The translations under genes and the position numbers were made by a program. A DNA stretch of 64,000 bases. Origin: Vicugna vicugna. Lineage: Eukaryota. The stretch covers positions 4,851,779 through 4,915,778 of the forward strand of contig MU058198.1 in NCBI GenBank assembly GCA_013265495.1, written 5' to 3'. Under the pieces are notes generated by a model. The model had not been told where the DNA came from. It ran no database searches and saw only the letters and a program-made list of their open reading frames with translations. This document shows positions 1-12,490 of this stretch, piece after piece (the stretch's first letter is position 1; each line of letters starts with the position of its first letter).

Positions 1-470
1 CTAATACCCCGACCTTGTGGCTTTCCTGTCTTTTCCCACCCACGCACGTCTAAGTCAACATGATTGCAATCATACAGCGTAAATATTTTTTCCTGGATCA
101 TACTCTTCCAGTGTCTTTTTTTTTTTTTTTTAATTGTCACAGCGCTGCTATTTGCTGGGAAGGTTAGTGTGTCTCCTGGGGAATCAGACTGATCCAGAGG
201 CCCTAGGAGGCAGCTCTGATGCCTCTCTCCCTGTTTCATTTGTTTCTTGAACAAACACAGTGATTAGAAGACCAACTCCTGGGTGCTAGGAATTCAGGAC
301 AGGGGATCCCACTGGGTGTGAGCAGGCCAGGAGCTGCAAAGCCAGAATGTTGCTTGAGGAAGGAGGATGTAGGTTTTGCAGACCAAATGTGGGGTGGAAC
401 AGGGCCACTGGCCCTGTGAGTGAGCTCCCAACGGAAGCTGTATGGCCTGAACGACTTCCTGTTTCTCCTG

Positions 471-742
471 TTGTTATGGTTGTGGGGTGGGAAGGGATAA
501 ATTGGGAGTTGGAGATTTGCAGATACTAACGACTATATATAAAAATAGGTAAACAGTAAGTATCTACTGTATATAAGACAGGGAACTCTATTCAATCTCG
601 TAGTAACCTATAATGAAAAAGAATATGAAGAGGAACATATGTATATGTATATGTGTGACTGAAACATTGTGCTGGACACCAGGAATTGACACAACATTGT
701 AAACTGACTATAACTCAGTTAAAAAATGAATTACAAAAAAAA
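471..742 (+). mobile_element. L1 3' UTR fragment, 5'-truncated (camelid/cetartiodactyl-type)
   Basis: GGGGTGGGAAGGGATAAATTGGGAG...CATTGTAAACTGACTATAAC followed by an A-rich tail; same sequence family as 55398-55710 and the - strand copies at 37574, 44265 and 61565. Confidence 0.85.
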
Positions 743-809
743 GTTGGCCTAGAAGGGCCACCCAGGTCCTGCTGTTCTCAGTGGAGAGAAGGAGTGGGTT
801 TGCATCAAA

Positions 810-1085
810 GATCAGATTTGATTTGTTTACCTCAGAGGGTTTTAAGACTATTTTGAATCCATGGCTAATATTTTAAACTTGGGAGAGTTCACATAAAAAT
901 CTGGGTTTCTGGCCTCTTGAAAAAATAAAGAGCCAACAGTGGAACAGTACTTGGTCCACATTCTTACCCAGTCGCAGTCCCCTGGTGTTGAGTGGTGGCA
1001 GTTCCTTGAGACAGTTAGGTGTTCTTTATTTTGCCACAGTCCCCACTATCCCCTATTGTTGATTTCTGGCTCACTTTATTTACTG
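810..1085. mobile_element. MER102-like hAT-Charlie DNA transposon remnant
   Basis: GGGAGAGTTCACATAAAAATCTGGGTTTCTGGC and GCCACAGTCCCCACTATCCCCTATTGT resemble the recalled MER102 consensus. Confidence 0.65.
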
Positions 1086-1410
1086 ATGTGATCTTTCTGG
1101 CTCCTCCAGGCTTTTGAATTTGTGGTCTCAGGTTCAAATCTATGTTGGGTCGGAACACAGAAAGGGCATTCCTTCTCACCCGGTGTCAGCATGGGTTGGC
1201 AGCAAGACTCAATCTCCCCCCAAGCAGGAGGTAACTCCCAGGAGCAAAGTGAGTCCTGCTGGGATCTCCCCATGTCAAGACTCATTTCCTTTTCACCTGC
1301 ATCTGGTGTAAGGTCTCTGTGTGTGTGCGTGTGTCTGTGAATGGGTGTGAGTGTGTGTACACCCCTGCCTCTTCTCTGTGTGTGCACATGCGGGTTTGAT
1401 CCTTTTCATG

Positions 1411-1448
1411 TCTGTTTCAGTCTGTTTCAGTCTGTTTCAGTCTGTCAG
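1411..1448. repeat. Tandem 10-mer (TCTGTTTCAG)x3 plus a partial copy
   Basis: Three exact copies at 1411-1440, then TCTGTCAG. Confidence 0.95.
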
Positions 1449-2394
1449 CTTACCCGGCAGTTCCCTCTGCAGTCTTCAGCCCTGGCTCTCAGGCTCGGTG
1501 AAGCAACCTCTTGCTATTTGGTGCAGGCAGGACCAGGCATCCTCCTGCTCGTGATGGGGGCCCTTTAGTGGCCAGCGATCTTGGCATGTTTATCCAATGT
1601 TCGCCTCTCACTATCGTTCTCCATTTGCGATGCTCTGAAATCTGTGGCAGCCTCCTTGAGATGCAGGTGTTCAGCAGGTGGTACCGCTCAAAGCTTTATC
1701 CCTCCGTTCTGCCACCCCTGCCCTCCTTTGGAAAGGATTTGAAAAGGAAATCTTGACTTTCAGATTGATTTTTAAATAAGGACATATTTAACTGCTGGGA
1801 TTTGAAGTGCAGGCTGGATTATATTCTTTCAACAAGCAAACAATATTCTAATTGATGCCACTCCTGATAGTGAAAGGGGCTGTCTAGGGTAATTCCTCAC
1901 CAGCCTGAGGACAGACCTGATGTTCACAAGGTTGTTGACAACAGTCGGGGGGTGGGGAGAAGATGGCAAATGCAGTCATGGGTGGAGTTCTTCCTCCTCT
2001 CCCCAGCCCTCCCCGTGTAGACTCTGTCCTGCCCCTTCTAGTTCCATTGCCGTAATTTGTGGTCGCTCCAAGGTTTTTTTCCCCCTCCTTATAAATGCAC
2101 AATGCAGACAAGGAAATATCGTTTGATTGTTAACCTAGTGGTGTTTCCAGTAAAGATGATGAGACAGAGTGTTGACCATTGGAACGAAACTTAGGAATTT
2201 CAGGAGTCATAGTTGCCTCCCACCCAGTGAATATTTTTCTCTGCTGTTACTAGGGGTGTCTGGACTCTAAGGTGGTTTTGCCAAGGAGTTGAGTAAAAGC
2301 CCTTGCTCCTCCATTAGGGCTTCCTGGAGTGTGAGAAAGGAAGCATACACTTGCTGCACTCACAGAATGATGGTCTTGAAGATGGTAAGTGAAG

Positions 2395-2600
2395 AGCTAA
2401 CATTTATTGATCACTCTCTGCGTCTCGGTATTGTGCTGGGTGCTTTCCATGATCATCTCCTGTAATCCTCACACCTACCTAGGGGTTTGGTTCTGTTATC
2501 ATCCCCAGTTTACAGATCAAGAGACCAAGGCACAGAGAGGTTAGGTAACACACAGTGGGGGACGGTGGTGTCTGGATTTGAGCTCTGCCCATTCTCTTAA
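2395..2600 (-). mobile_element. MIR SINE
   Basis: ATCCCCAGTTTACAGATCAAGAGACCAAGGCACAGAGAGGTTAGGTAAC is the reverse complement of the MIR core. Confidence 0.8.
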
Positions 2601-3339
2601 ATGGAACACATGCTACACTGTAGCCTATGTTGATACATTTCATCTGGTTCTGTGTTTCCTGATACTTTTCTCTCCATCAGTTAAAGGCCTGTGGAGGCTG
2701 AACATTACAATTTATGAAGTGTAGTTGACAGGACATTTCTGATCAGCCCCATAAGATAATAATATAAACAATAGAAGTGAATATTCAGTGCTTTTGTTGT
2801 GTGAGGGACAGTGCTAAGTGCTTTAAATGTGTTTTCACGTTGGCCCTCACAGTGCCTTTGAGAACGGGGTGTGGAGGTCACTGCCCATGATCCCACAGCT
2901 AGGATTTGGAGCAGGATGTGTACTGTTAGGATTGAACTTGTGGAGCTGTCTTCAGAACCTACTATTGAGCCCACAATGTTGCAGCTTCCTCTTCTGCTCT
3001 CCCCGCATCCGGTGCCCTCTGCTCCAGCCATAGGATGGCTCCTTGCCATTGGTTTAACATGCTAAGTGGTTTCCTACCTCAGGACCTTTGCACGTCTTCT
3101 CTGTGCTTGGCATACCTTTCCTCCTCTTCTCCCCTTAACGAGCTATTATTTAGCACCCAGTTCATATATCACCACCAAAAGCTTTCTTCATCTTCTGGGG
3201 AAAGACCTAGCTGTTTCTTCCTCCTCGCTCCCAGGGAAGCTCAGTGTCTTTAGATTCTCTTACTGTTCTCTGTACACGGTATTGTCATAATTTGTATGCC
3301 CCATGCAGTCATAAATTCTTCGAGGCAGAGATTATGAGG

Positions 3340-3447
3340 TATGTTTCTCACTAGAATATGATGTTTACCACTGTCTCCCCAGCACCTGCTCCAATGCTTT
3401 GTGCCTGGTAGGTGCTCAATAAGTGTTTGTTGAGTGAGTAAATGAGT
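3340..3447 (+). mobile_element. L2 3' end
   Basis: GTGCCTGGTAGGTGCTCAATAAGTGTTTGTTGAGTGAGTAAATGAG is the typical L2 terminus. Confidence 0.7.
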
Positions 3448-3514
3448 CTCTCTCTTGCTGGCATCCAGCCTGGAGGACAGGAGCAGTCATACTGAGCACT
3501 TGTAATAGGTTGCT

Positions 3515-3978
3515 TGTATTAGTGAGGGCTTTCCAAATAAACCCAAACCAGTAGGATATTTATAGATGTAAAGAAGGGAAGATTTACTATGGGAACTGAA
3601 TCACATGGTTATGGAGGCCAAGAAGTCCCAGGATCCACCACCTGCAAGGCGGGGAACCAGGAAAGCAGGTGGTATAAGTCAGTCCGAGTCTGAAGGCCCT
3701 GGAACCAGGAGCTCTGATGTCCAAGGGAAGGAGAAGACGGATGTCCCAGCTCAAGAGGAGAGAGAGAATTCACCCTTCCTCTAACTTTTTGTTCTTTTCC
3801 GGCTGTCCACTGATAGGCTGATGCCCGTCCACGTTGATGCAGGTGGATCTTCTTTGTTCCATCTGCTGATTCAGTCTGTTTCAGAAACACCCTCACAGGC
3901 ACACCCAGGAATCATGTTCTACCAGCTGTCTGGGCCTCCCTCACTCTTTCGAGTTGGTGCATGAAATTAACCATCACA
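3515..3978 (-). mobile_element. MLT2-family (ERVL) solo LTR
   Basis: Termini TGTATTAGTGAGGG...AAATTAACCATCACA match the reverse-complemented MLT2 ends; TG..CA borders. Confidence 0.85.
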
Positions 3979-4087
3979 GTAAATTTCCACTGGTGGCTTC
4001 TCATCGTGCTGCTCCCTCTCCCACCTCGCCGTCATCTTCTGGCATGTCAAATGGCATGTAGTGGAAGATGGAATAATGTTCCCCTCC

Positions 4088-4266
4088 CAGGGGTTGGCAA
4101 ACTTTTTCTGTAAAGAGACAGATAGTAAGTATTCTAAGGCTTTGCGGGCCGTGTGATCTCTGTCACAACTACTCAACTCTGCTCTTGTAGCGTGAAATGA
4201 AACTCTGTTGACAGAACATAGCAGCAGGCTAGACGTGGCACACCAGCTGTAGCTTGCTGATCCCTG
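4088..4266. mobile_element. MER58A-like hAT-Charlie MITE, internally deleted
   Basis: CAGGGGTTGGCAAACT...AGCTTGCTGATCCCTG terminal inverted repeats; homologous to 43834-44057. Confidence 0.85.
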
Positions 4267-4459
4267 TTCTAGAGTATTCTTGTCTTGACGAATACTGGAA
4301 AATGGTAGCTGGGTTTCTCTTATCACAGTCAAGATTAGTTTAGGTGCCTAAGCCAGGATCTTAAACTGGACCTTGAAGACAGAATTATCTGCTCCATGTC
4401 ATACATGCATCACTCTGCATCACTGCTGGTCCATCTAGGTATCATCTTGCCAGAGATTA

Positions 4460-4655
4460 TGATGGAAAGGACCTATGCTTTGGAGTCAACTATTTTGGTT
4501 TGGATTCTGCATTTGAGCTGTGTGACCCTGGGTGAGTTTCTGAGCCTCTCTGATCCTCACTTCTGTCATCTGTGATACTTAGATCATCATACTGACCTTG
4601 TAGGGTTTTAATAGGCTGCCAATATTTAGTGTGCCTCAGGTACATAATAGGAGCG
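4460..4655 (+). mobile_element. MIR SINE
   Basis: AGCTGTGTGACCCTGGGTGAGTTTCTGAGCCTCTCTGATCCTCAC MIR core. Confidence 0.75.
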
Positions 4656-6179
4656 ATCGAGTCACTGGGAGTTACTTTGTCTTCCCGCCGACTTTTACCC
4701 AAAAGCTCAACCTTTCCACTGAAACATGGAAATGTAAACTGTAAAAGGCAGTAGAACCCAGGGAGGCCCGGTGTCTTTAGAATTCTAGAAAGAGCCTTTG
4801 AAAAGTGAGAGACATTTAAGTCTGAGAAATTCGTCGTTTCTAAACTGTCTCACCATTCTTTCTGAGAGAGAGTGAGAAAAATTTGACATTTCAGTTTCAC
4901 ACCTGTAATGTTACAAGTCTAATATAAGCCTGGGAATCAAAGGTGGCTATGACGTCAGGGGACAGGGAAGCGGTCCCAGGGTTGCAGGGTGAGTGTTCAA
5001 TAGACCAAGGGCAGAGATGCTGTGTTCAGCTCTGCAAGGCAGGTAGATTTGATACCTACAAGATATTGAAGGGACTCTTATGAAAATACCGGGACCAGAA
5101 GGACTCAGAACTGAGACTCTCCATCAGGAAATAGAAGAGACGGAATCAGACCGCCATCTCTGTCTCCACACACCACGTACCAAAAGTACATGCCTTCCAC
5201 CACTACTTGCATATGGTGTAGGGCAGCTAAATGTCACACAGAGAGCTGTCAGGTTCCTCGTCTGCCCACATTTCCCCAGTTCTGTTCCCAGACAGGATCT
5301 CTGCAAATGTTCAAAAATCTCTCTGGTCCAGGTTGATTTCCATGCTCTTTGGCTGCAAATATCTTCATGTTTTTACCCCAGAGCTTTGGTCATCTTTTAT
5401 ATCTTATCACCATGACCTGGCTGCTCCCCAAGGCAGATCAAAATGCTCCTTCCGGTCCAGCCCCGCAGGATTTTCTTTATAATACCCCAGAGCACTTAAA
5501 ACATGGAATTGACCTTGGTTGTAAACTTGTCTCCCTCATAGGTTGAAAGCTCCTTGAAGACAGGGGTCATATCTTACTAATCCTTTTAGCTCGAGGACCT
5601 AGTGTGGTGGCAGGCACATGATAAAAGCCTGATACATATTGCTGAATTTGAAAACAGGAGATTATTGATAAATTGGGAGATATTTGCAAGTTGACATACT
5701 GAAAATGGCTTGAAATGCTGGCAGTCTGGAAAAAAAAAAAGTTTTGTGTTGATTCCAAAGTTGAGTGGCCCATTCTTTTGAGCCAGCCCTGCTAATAAAC
5801 CTTTGATGAATCTCAGAGTATCTTGGTGACCAAAAAAGAAAAAATTACTCAAAGTTCTTCATGACTGGTTTTACTGATGGCCTTTATTCATCATTCCAAA
5901 TGTCAGTCTCGTAGGGCTTTCCTGTGGGAGCCCTAGGGAAGGGAACCACCCCTCCAGGGACACCCTAGGATCTGAAGGTTTTGGCACTGAGAACTAGTCG
6001 TGGCCGTTATGTAGGAGATTTGATATAGGGTGATTAGAGGGCAAGGCGACTGGGTGGAAAAAGTCACTTTGGGAAGTGATTAATGTTCAGTGTGTGAGCT
6101 CTTAAATTAGAGTCGGCAGCCCCAGCGAGGACCCTTTGGATAGCGTCTCAGTTTAGGGATTGAGCCAACATCCATCGAC

Positions 6180-6355
6180 TATCACCTGTATGCCAGGCAC
6201 TCACTCAGTTGCTTCAAGATCTTCTGAGAGAAGCACTACCAATATTTTCATTTCACCACTAGGAAAATCAAGGTTCAAAAGATTAAGCACCTGTCCCAAA
6301 GATTTAAAGCTAGAGAGTTGGATGAACTAAGATTCAAACTCAGGTCTCCTGCTTT
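6180..6355 (-). mobile_element. MIR SINE (diverged)
   Basis: GGAAAATCAAGGTTCAAAAGATTAAGCACCTGTCCCAAAG...AGATTCAAACTCAGGTCT. Confidence 0.6.
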
Positions 6356-6399
6356 CAAGAAGTAGTCTCTTCCCTCGTTGCGGCCATGGTGGTTTTGAC

Positions 6400-6631
6400 C
6401 GTGAGCTTTAAAGCCAGACTTCCAGACTGGGTTTCCCTTCCAGCTCGGTGGCTTATCAGCTGTGTGGCCTTGGGCAAGTTACTTAACCTCTCTGTGCCTC
6501 CATTTCCACACCTGCAAAGCAAAAATAATAATAGCTTCCTACCTCGTTGTGAGGATTCGATGATGTAATAGTATAAAGTGCCAAGAACGGTGTCTGATGT
6601 GCAGTCGGCACCACACAAGCCTTTGTTATTA
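6400..6631 (+). mobile_element. MIR SINE, near full length
   Basis: AGCTGTGTGGCCTTGGGCAAGTTACTTAACCTCTCTGTGCCTC is a near-perfect MIR core. Confidence 0.9.
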
Positions 6632-7369
6632 TCCCAGAGGACTGACTACCTCTTCCGCATGCACCATACCTACTTGATCTATTTGTTTCGTAGTTTTGCA
6701 TTCATCTTCCTGATGGACCAGTTGGCTGACACAGAGTCTGTCTGCATATTGCCATGTCCTCTTCACCCACAGTCCCTTTCTCCGGCAACACTGAATTTCC
6801 AGGGACATGGAAACCTTTGCTGCATATTGTCCCAGCTCATAGCTGAAAACCTGGTGACTATTATTTTTCTTCTGCAAGATGAGGCATCCCGAGGTGATCT
6901 CTTTTAGCATCAACTTGATAGGATGCTATTTACACAGGGGCCTTGGGGGCTAAGCTGCTGTTGCCCCCACCACGTTTACGTGTAGTTTGCGAACTGGCAG
7001 ATGGATTCAGCAAAGGTTCCAGAAGCAGAAGCGCGTTCCATTCTGTTATTCTGCAAAGGCCTTGGCCATGCTTTCTGTTTGATATGCCAGAGGATGGTTT
7101 GGCTAAGGGTCCCCGGCTCGCTGGACATCGATACTGAAGATTCTAGAGAATGGATCTGGACAATGAGTGTCGCTGGCATGTGTCTGCAGGATGAGCCTCT
7201 GTTGCCTGCCTCTGCCCTTCCACAAAAGAAGGCGGTACATGACTGCAGAGTGTTCCGTGGCTGAAGGGACACAGATTCTGTCATTAAAAAACTTCAGGGC
7301 TTGCTAGATGGTTTAGTGGGAAAAGCCCTTCCTACACCAATCCAGTCATCTTACCTGCCTGCTTGCAGA

Positions 7370-7880
7370 CCTCCTCTAGTTATCCGTTAGGGGCAGAATC
7401 AACCCCAGAGTCCTCCGCATGGCGCATAAGGCCGTTACAATCATAGGCACCCCATCTCCAGCTATGTCCTCAAAGCCACCCCTTTCCCCCAACACGTACA
7501 CCATAGTCACTTTCCACAGAATTTCTTGACTGGTCTCTAGCTGGTTCACGTTCATTTATAGCTTTTGCCTTTGCATGTGCTCTTCCTTTTGTATGGAATG
7601 CTCTTCTCCCTTTTCTTCAATAGCGAACTCCTACTTAGCCGTCAAAACCCAGCTCTGATAACACCTCCTTTGGAGAAGCCTTCTACAAGGTCCATAAGCC
7701 AAATTACTCACGCTCTCTCCTCATCCACTGCTCTCTTCTCTAATATGATAGTGGATCCACTTAATTTTGTTATATCTTTCCACCAGTCCCTATTCCTTGA
7801 TGGCAGAGACCAGTTATCTTTGACCTCCTGGCATAGTCCCAGCCCCGTGCTTATTATAAAGATGAAATATGTGTTAGAGA
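7370..7880 (+). mobile_element. L2 fragment
   Basis: GCCTTTGCATGTGCTCTTCCTTTTGTATGGAATGCTCTTCTCCC...CTCCTTTGGAGAAGCCTTCT L2 3' region motifs. Confidence 0.65.
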
Positions 7881-8779
7881 TCCTGGCTTGAAGGAATCTA
7901 GTTTCTGCGGGGCCATGCCTACCTGGTGAGCCTCAGTCTGGGGTCCAGCAGTGATAGCCTACCAAAGAAGTCAGCCTTCTCTTCCCAATACAGAAGTTGA
8001 ATTGCAGCCTTAGCACTGATGATGAATGCCTGGGTCTTCAGGAGACTCCCCGCATGCTACTTCCGCTGGGAGTGCTTCAACACTGCGGTGCAAGGATTCG
8101 GGGCAAGAGACTAGACCTCAGTCCTCAGATGCTTGGCTTAACCATGGCTGTGATCATGCCCAAGGGAGAAGAAAGGTCAGGTCCTAGGCTCTGTGTATGC
8201 TCAGTTGCACACACTCCATACAACCCTTCTTACCTAAAGCTCTAGAGCTGGGCCACGTGTACTTAAGCTCTTTCTTGTCTCTTTCGGACACAAGAATATC
8301 TCAACTCTAAAATCTCTTCCTCCGCATCTTTCCTAGGTCTCTGCACATCTTGGTGACTGAGACATGTTTGTCTAGTTCTACAAAGTCAACGCATTCCTTT
8401 TTTTGCAGCAAAATGTGACCCCCCCCCAATATTGATGCCCTCATTACAAGGTACCTGTTTTTCATGGGTATTGCTGAGTCAGTACTTCCTCCTTGTTTTA
8501 ATCCATGTCCCTCCTGGTCACCTGTTCCTGTAGGGCTTCCTCTCTGAAAAGTGTGAGGTGTCTCTGTTGCACCCCAACAATATGGGTCGGGATTCTCTGT
8601 TGACACAGCCCATTAATCTCCACGTTGGTGAGATGAATTCAGGCAGCAACAGACACAACCTCAGCGTGAACATTTCCTGTCGCCACTTTGTCTGCTTTGT
8701 TTGTTTCTTGAATCCTTTACTCAGAACCTGCGAATATCCTTCACACCTCCATAGCTTCGCCAGGATTCAGCGATCACTC

Positions 8780-9275
8780 TTTTTTTTTTCCCAGCAAATA
8801 TTGATTGTTTACCTTCTGTGTCGGGCACAGCTCCAGGCACTGGGGACCTAGCAGTACTCATCTAGCAATGATTAGCTGATGCATTGGGTTCGTGACTCAG
8901 TTAAATACTGTGCTGGAAGGTGAGAGTACCAGGGAGAAAACTGGAAGTGAAAGAGTAAGTCTGGTCGCTCTTTGGGGGAAGAGCATTCCAGGAAGAGGAA
9001 GCAGCAGGTGCAAGGGCCCTGAGGTGGAAGCAGGACTAATGGATTTGAGAAACATCAAGGAGGCAGATCGTGGAGGCAACGGGAAATCATTGTGAGGACT
9101 CTGGCTTTTATTCTGAGTGAGGTGGGAAGACACTGAGTTTTGAGTTGGAGAAACATGATTGACTGTGTGTTTTCACATCATTTCTCTGGCTCTTGTGTTG
9201 AGACTAGGCTGTCAGGCCCAAGGGTGAAAACAGAGACCAGTTAGAAAAGTGTGCAGTAATCCACATGTGAGATTA
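8780..9275 (-). mobile_element. L2 fragment
   Basis: GGGAAGAGCATTCCAGGAAGAGGAAGCAGCAGGTGCAAGGGCCCTGAGGTGG antisense L2 signature. Confidence 0.8.
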
Positions 9276-10675
9276 AGGAGGCTCACACAGCGGCGGTCTA
9301 AGTTCCTGAAGACACCCCCCACCCCCGGCCCCACCATCAACTTGTCATACTCTTTCTCCTGTCAGATCTGGGGCTGGGGCATTCTCCTTGTGTCATGCTT
9401 TACCAGACTGTCTTCTTCTGGCCTCTCATCACATTTTGTGTAAATTCCCATTTTGTGTAAATTCCGCGTTTTAGCAATCACTGACTTTTTGTCTCTTACA
9501 CTTGTTTGACTTCATTTGGAAATCCTGGGTGGGGGGCTCATTCATCTCCGAATTCCCAGGGACTAGCACAGATCCTAGGACATGCTAAACAGTTTGGAGG
9601 GCAGGACGCACCTGGCAAGGCTACCTAATGGAAACACGAATTGAATGGGTCGCCTTGGCTAAGTCCTGTGTGTGTTCTCACGTTTCATCCCCACACAGCC
9701 TCAGGAAGCACCATCTCCGTTATACAGAGGGGATATCTGAGGTTCCAAGGGTTTAAGTCACCCAGCGAGTAAATGGTAGAACAAGGAACCTAACCTAGGT
9801 CTGGAAGGCTAAGTGCTTCTTCCCCCAGAGATCAGCTCTTCCACTGAATCATCAGGAAACAACTCATCATTCCTGATCATCTTAATACGATGAAGTCTAG
9901 CTGAGAAGACTCTGCCTGTTATTTCTAGGTCTTAATCAAACTGTCCACCAAAGGGTGGATGAGATCCTGTGTTGTTTCACTTCCTTAGAAAATAATTAGT
10001 TTTGTTTTCCACTTTTGACATTCTCTTCTCTGGAAATTTCACATATATATGGATGAGGTATGATTATGTACTATACAATGTAAAATATAAATATATAAAA
10101 ATAAATATACAAAGTATAAATGTTAACAAAGTGTATGAAATTACTCATGAGATATACAGATAAAACCTGAAGGTCCATTGATCGAATCAGTTAGGAAATG
10201 TGCACTACTGGAAAGAAATTGTGTAGCCTAGTGTGCCACTATGGTATGATTTCTTAGATATATTTTGAGGGGAAATAATTAAAACAAAGCACACTGTGTA
10301 TGGTAGGCTCCATTTGCGGAGACAGGGATATTTACAGACACACCCCTGTGTGTGTTTAGGGCAGTTCTAGAAGATGGGTAAGAAACTGGAGACAGTGTTG
10401 GGTTCTTGGTGGGGCCAGGTGGAAGGGGGGTCATGGGTGAGACGGAGACTTACTTTTCAATGAGTTGTCTCATGCCATTTGATTCTTGAAAAATATTAGA
10501 AAATATACACATACATATAAAAATATACACTTATATCGATGTATAAATACATATAGAAGTATAAATATTGACATATATACTTTTATAAAATTGAGATAGT
10601 TAAAAAAAAAAGACTTCCCAAGGGGGCATGGGTGGAGGAAGCCCTATTTTTTAATGTTACTTCATGCTATTTGAG

Positions 10676-11297
10676 TTTTTTAATTTTATTTTTTATTGAA
10701 GTGTGGTTGATTTACAATGTTGATTTCAGGTGTACAACAGAGCGATTCAGTTATACATGTACATACATATATATATTTTTTTCAGATTCTTTTCCATTAT
10801 ATGTTTTACAAGAAATTGAATATAGTTCCCTGTGCTATACAGTAGGTCCTTGTTGTTTATTTTACATATAGTAGTGAGTAACTATTAATCTCAAACTTCT
10901 AATTTATCCCTCCCCAACCCTTTCCCCTTTGGTAGCCATAGTTTGTTTTCTATGTCTGTGAGTGTTTTTGGTTGTAAATAGAATTTTTATCATTTTTTTT
11001 AGAGTCCACATAGAAGTGATATCATATTTGTCTTTCTCTGTCTGACTTCACTTAATATGATTATCTCTAGCTCCACCTATGTTGCTGCAAATAGCATTAT
11101 TTAATTTTTTATGGCTGAGTAGTATTCCATTGTATAAATATACCACATCTTCTTTACTCAGTCATCTGTCGATGGACATTTAGGTTGTCTCCATGTCTTG
11201 GTTATTGTAAATAGTGCTGCTGTGAACATTGAAGTGCATTTGTCTTTTCAAATGATAGCTTTCTCTGGATTGAGGCCCAGGAGTGGGATTGCTGGTT
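10676..11297 (-). mobile_element. L1 3' end (ORF2 C-terminus plus 3' UTR)
   Basis: T-rich tail then TTGAAGTGTGGTTGATTTACAATGTTG...GGCTGAGTAGTATTCCATTG...GGAGTGGGATTGCTGG. Confidence 0.9.
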
Positions 11298-11744
11298 TGT
11301 GATAAAATAACATATACATACATACAGGTAAAATATACATCATATCTATTTATAATTCATATATTATATATATAGATACTGACATATTTATATAAAATTT
11401 AGATAATTTAAGTAAAAGGACTTCCAAAGTGCACCCAACATCTCTTAGATCATTTCATTCTTAAGTCACCGTTTCACAACTTCTTGGCATCACCAGATGT
11501 TCTGCAGGGACCTTGGCCATTTGGCTGGGGACAGCCTCTCCTGAGCCTGTCAGGTCTGCATGGCTGAGAGCTGGCTTCCTAAGGTTGACACCCCACAGTG
11601 CCTTGCCTCCTGTCCTCCCTTTGAGCCATGTGCCTCCTGCCCTGGATTTTCTGCCCTTATGTCCTTTCTGGCTCAAGTACCAGGAAGGAGAGACTGCTTC
11701 TCTTACAGCTCAAACGAGAGCTGTGGCTGAGCCCTATGGGCTGT

Positions 11745-12111
11745 TGTGATGGGTAGTTTTATGTGCCATCTTGGTGATACTATGGTTCCCAGTTGTTCTG
11801 TCAAACACCAGTCTAGGTGTTGCCGTGATGGTATTTTTAAAGATGTGATTAATATTTAAATCAGTCGATTTTGAGTGAAGCAGATGATACTGTGCATAAT
11901 GTGGGTGGGGCTTCATCCAGTCAGTGGAATCTGTCTCTATCTCTGCCTGTATCTCTGCTTCCACCTCCACCTCCATCTCTGTGTCTCTGTCTCTATCACC
12001 TATGTCTTTGTCTATTTCTCTCTCTCTCTCTTTATATATATATAAATCTACATATCTATATATCTATGTATCTTATTGGTTCTGTTTCTCTAGAGTCCCC
12101 TGACTAATACA
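11745..12111 (+). mobile_element. MLT2-family solo LTR with internal deletion and simple-repeat tract, probably nested in an older MLT1-like LTR
   Basis: TGTGATGGGTAGTTTTATGTG...CCCTGACTAATACA termini; flanks GCTGT/GCTCT fit a 5-bp TSD with one mismatch. Confidence 0.85.
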
Positions 12112-12359
12112 GCTCTGATTATCCTAGCTTGAGTCATGATCCTGCCCCATAAGAATGCAACACACTGGTTGGCCTAGGCTAAGGTTATATATTCACACCT
12201 GAGGCAGTGGATAGAGCGAGATCCACCCAAATGACCAGAGTACCTAGGCTGGGAGAAGGCTGGGTCACCAAACCAAAATCAGGATGTTACAGCAAGTAAG
12301 GTAAATGCAGGCCGGAAGGAAACAAAATAAAACAGAGAACACAAGTCCGTCACTGTAGT

Positions 12360-12490
12360 GAATATTATTCCCTTCTACAAATCAGTTAACAAGCTCAGAG
12401 AGGTTAAGTGACTTGGTCGAAGTCACACAGGAAGTTGGGGACTGAGTAGGATCCACGCCTAAGTGGGCCTGATCTTGAAGTTTGCATGTT
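12360..12490 (-). mobile_element. MIR SINE
   Basis: AGCTCAGAGAGGTTAAGTGACTTGGTCGAAGTCACACAG. Confidence 0.8.
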
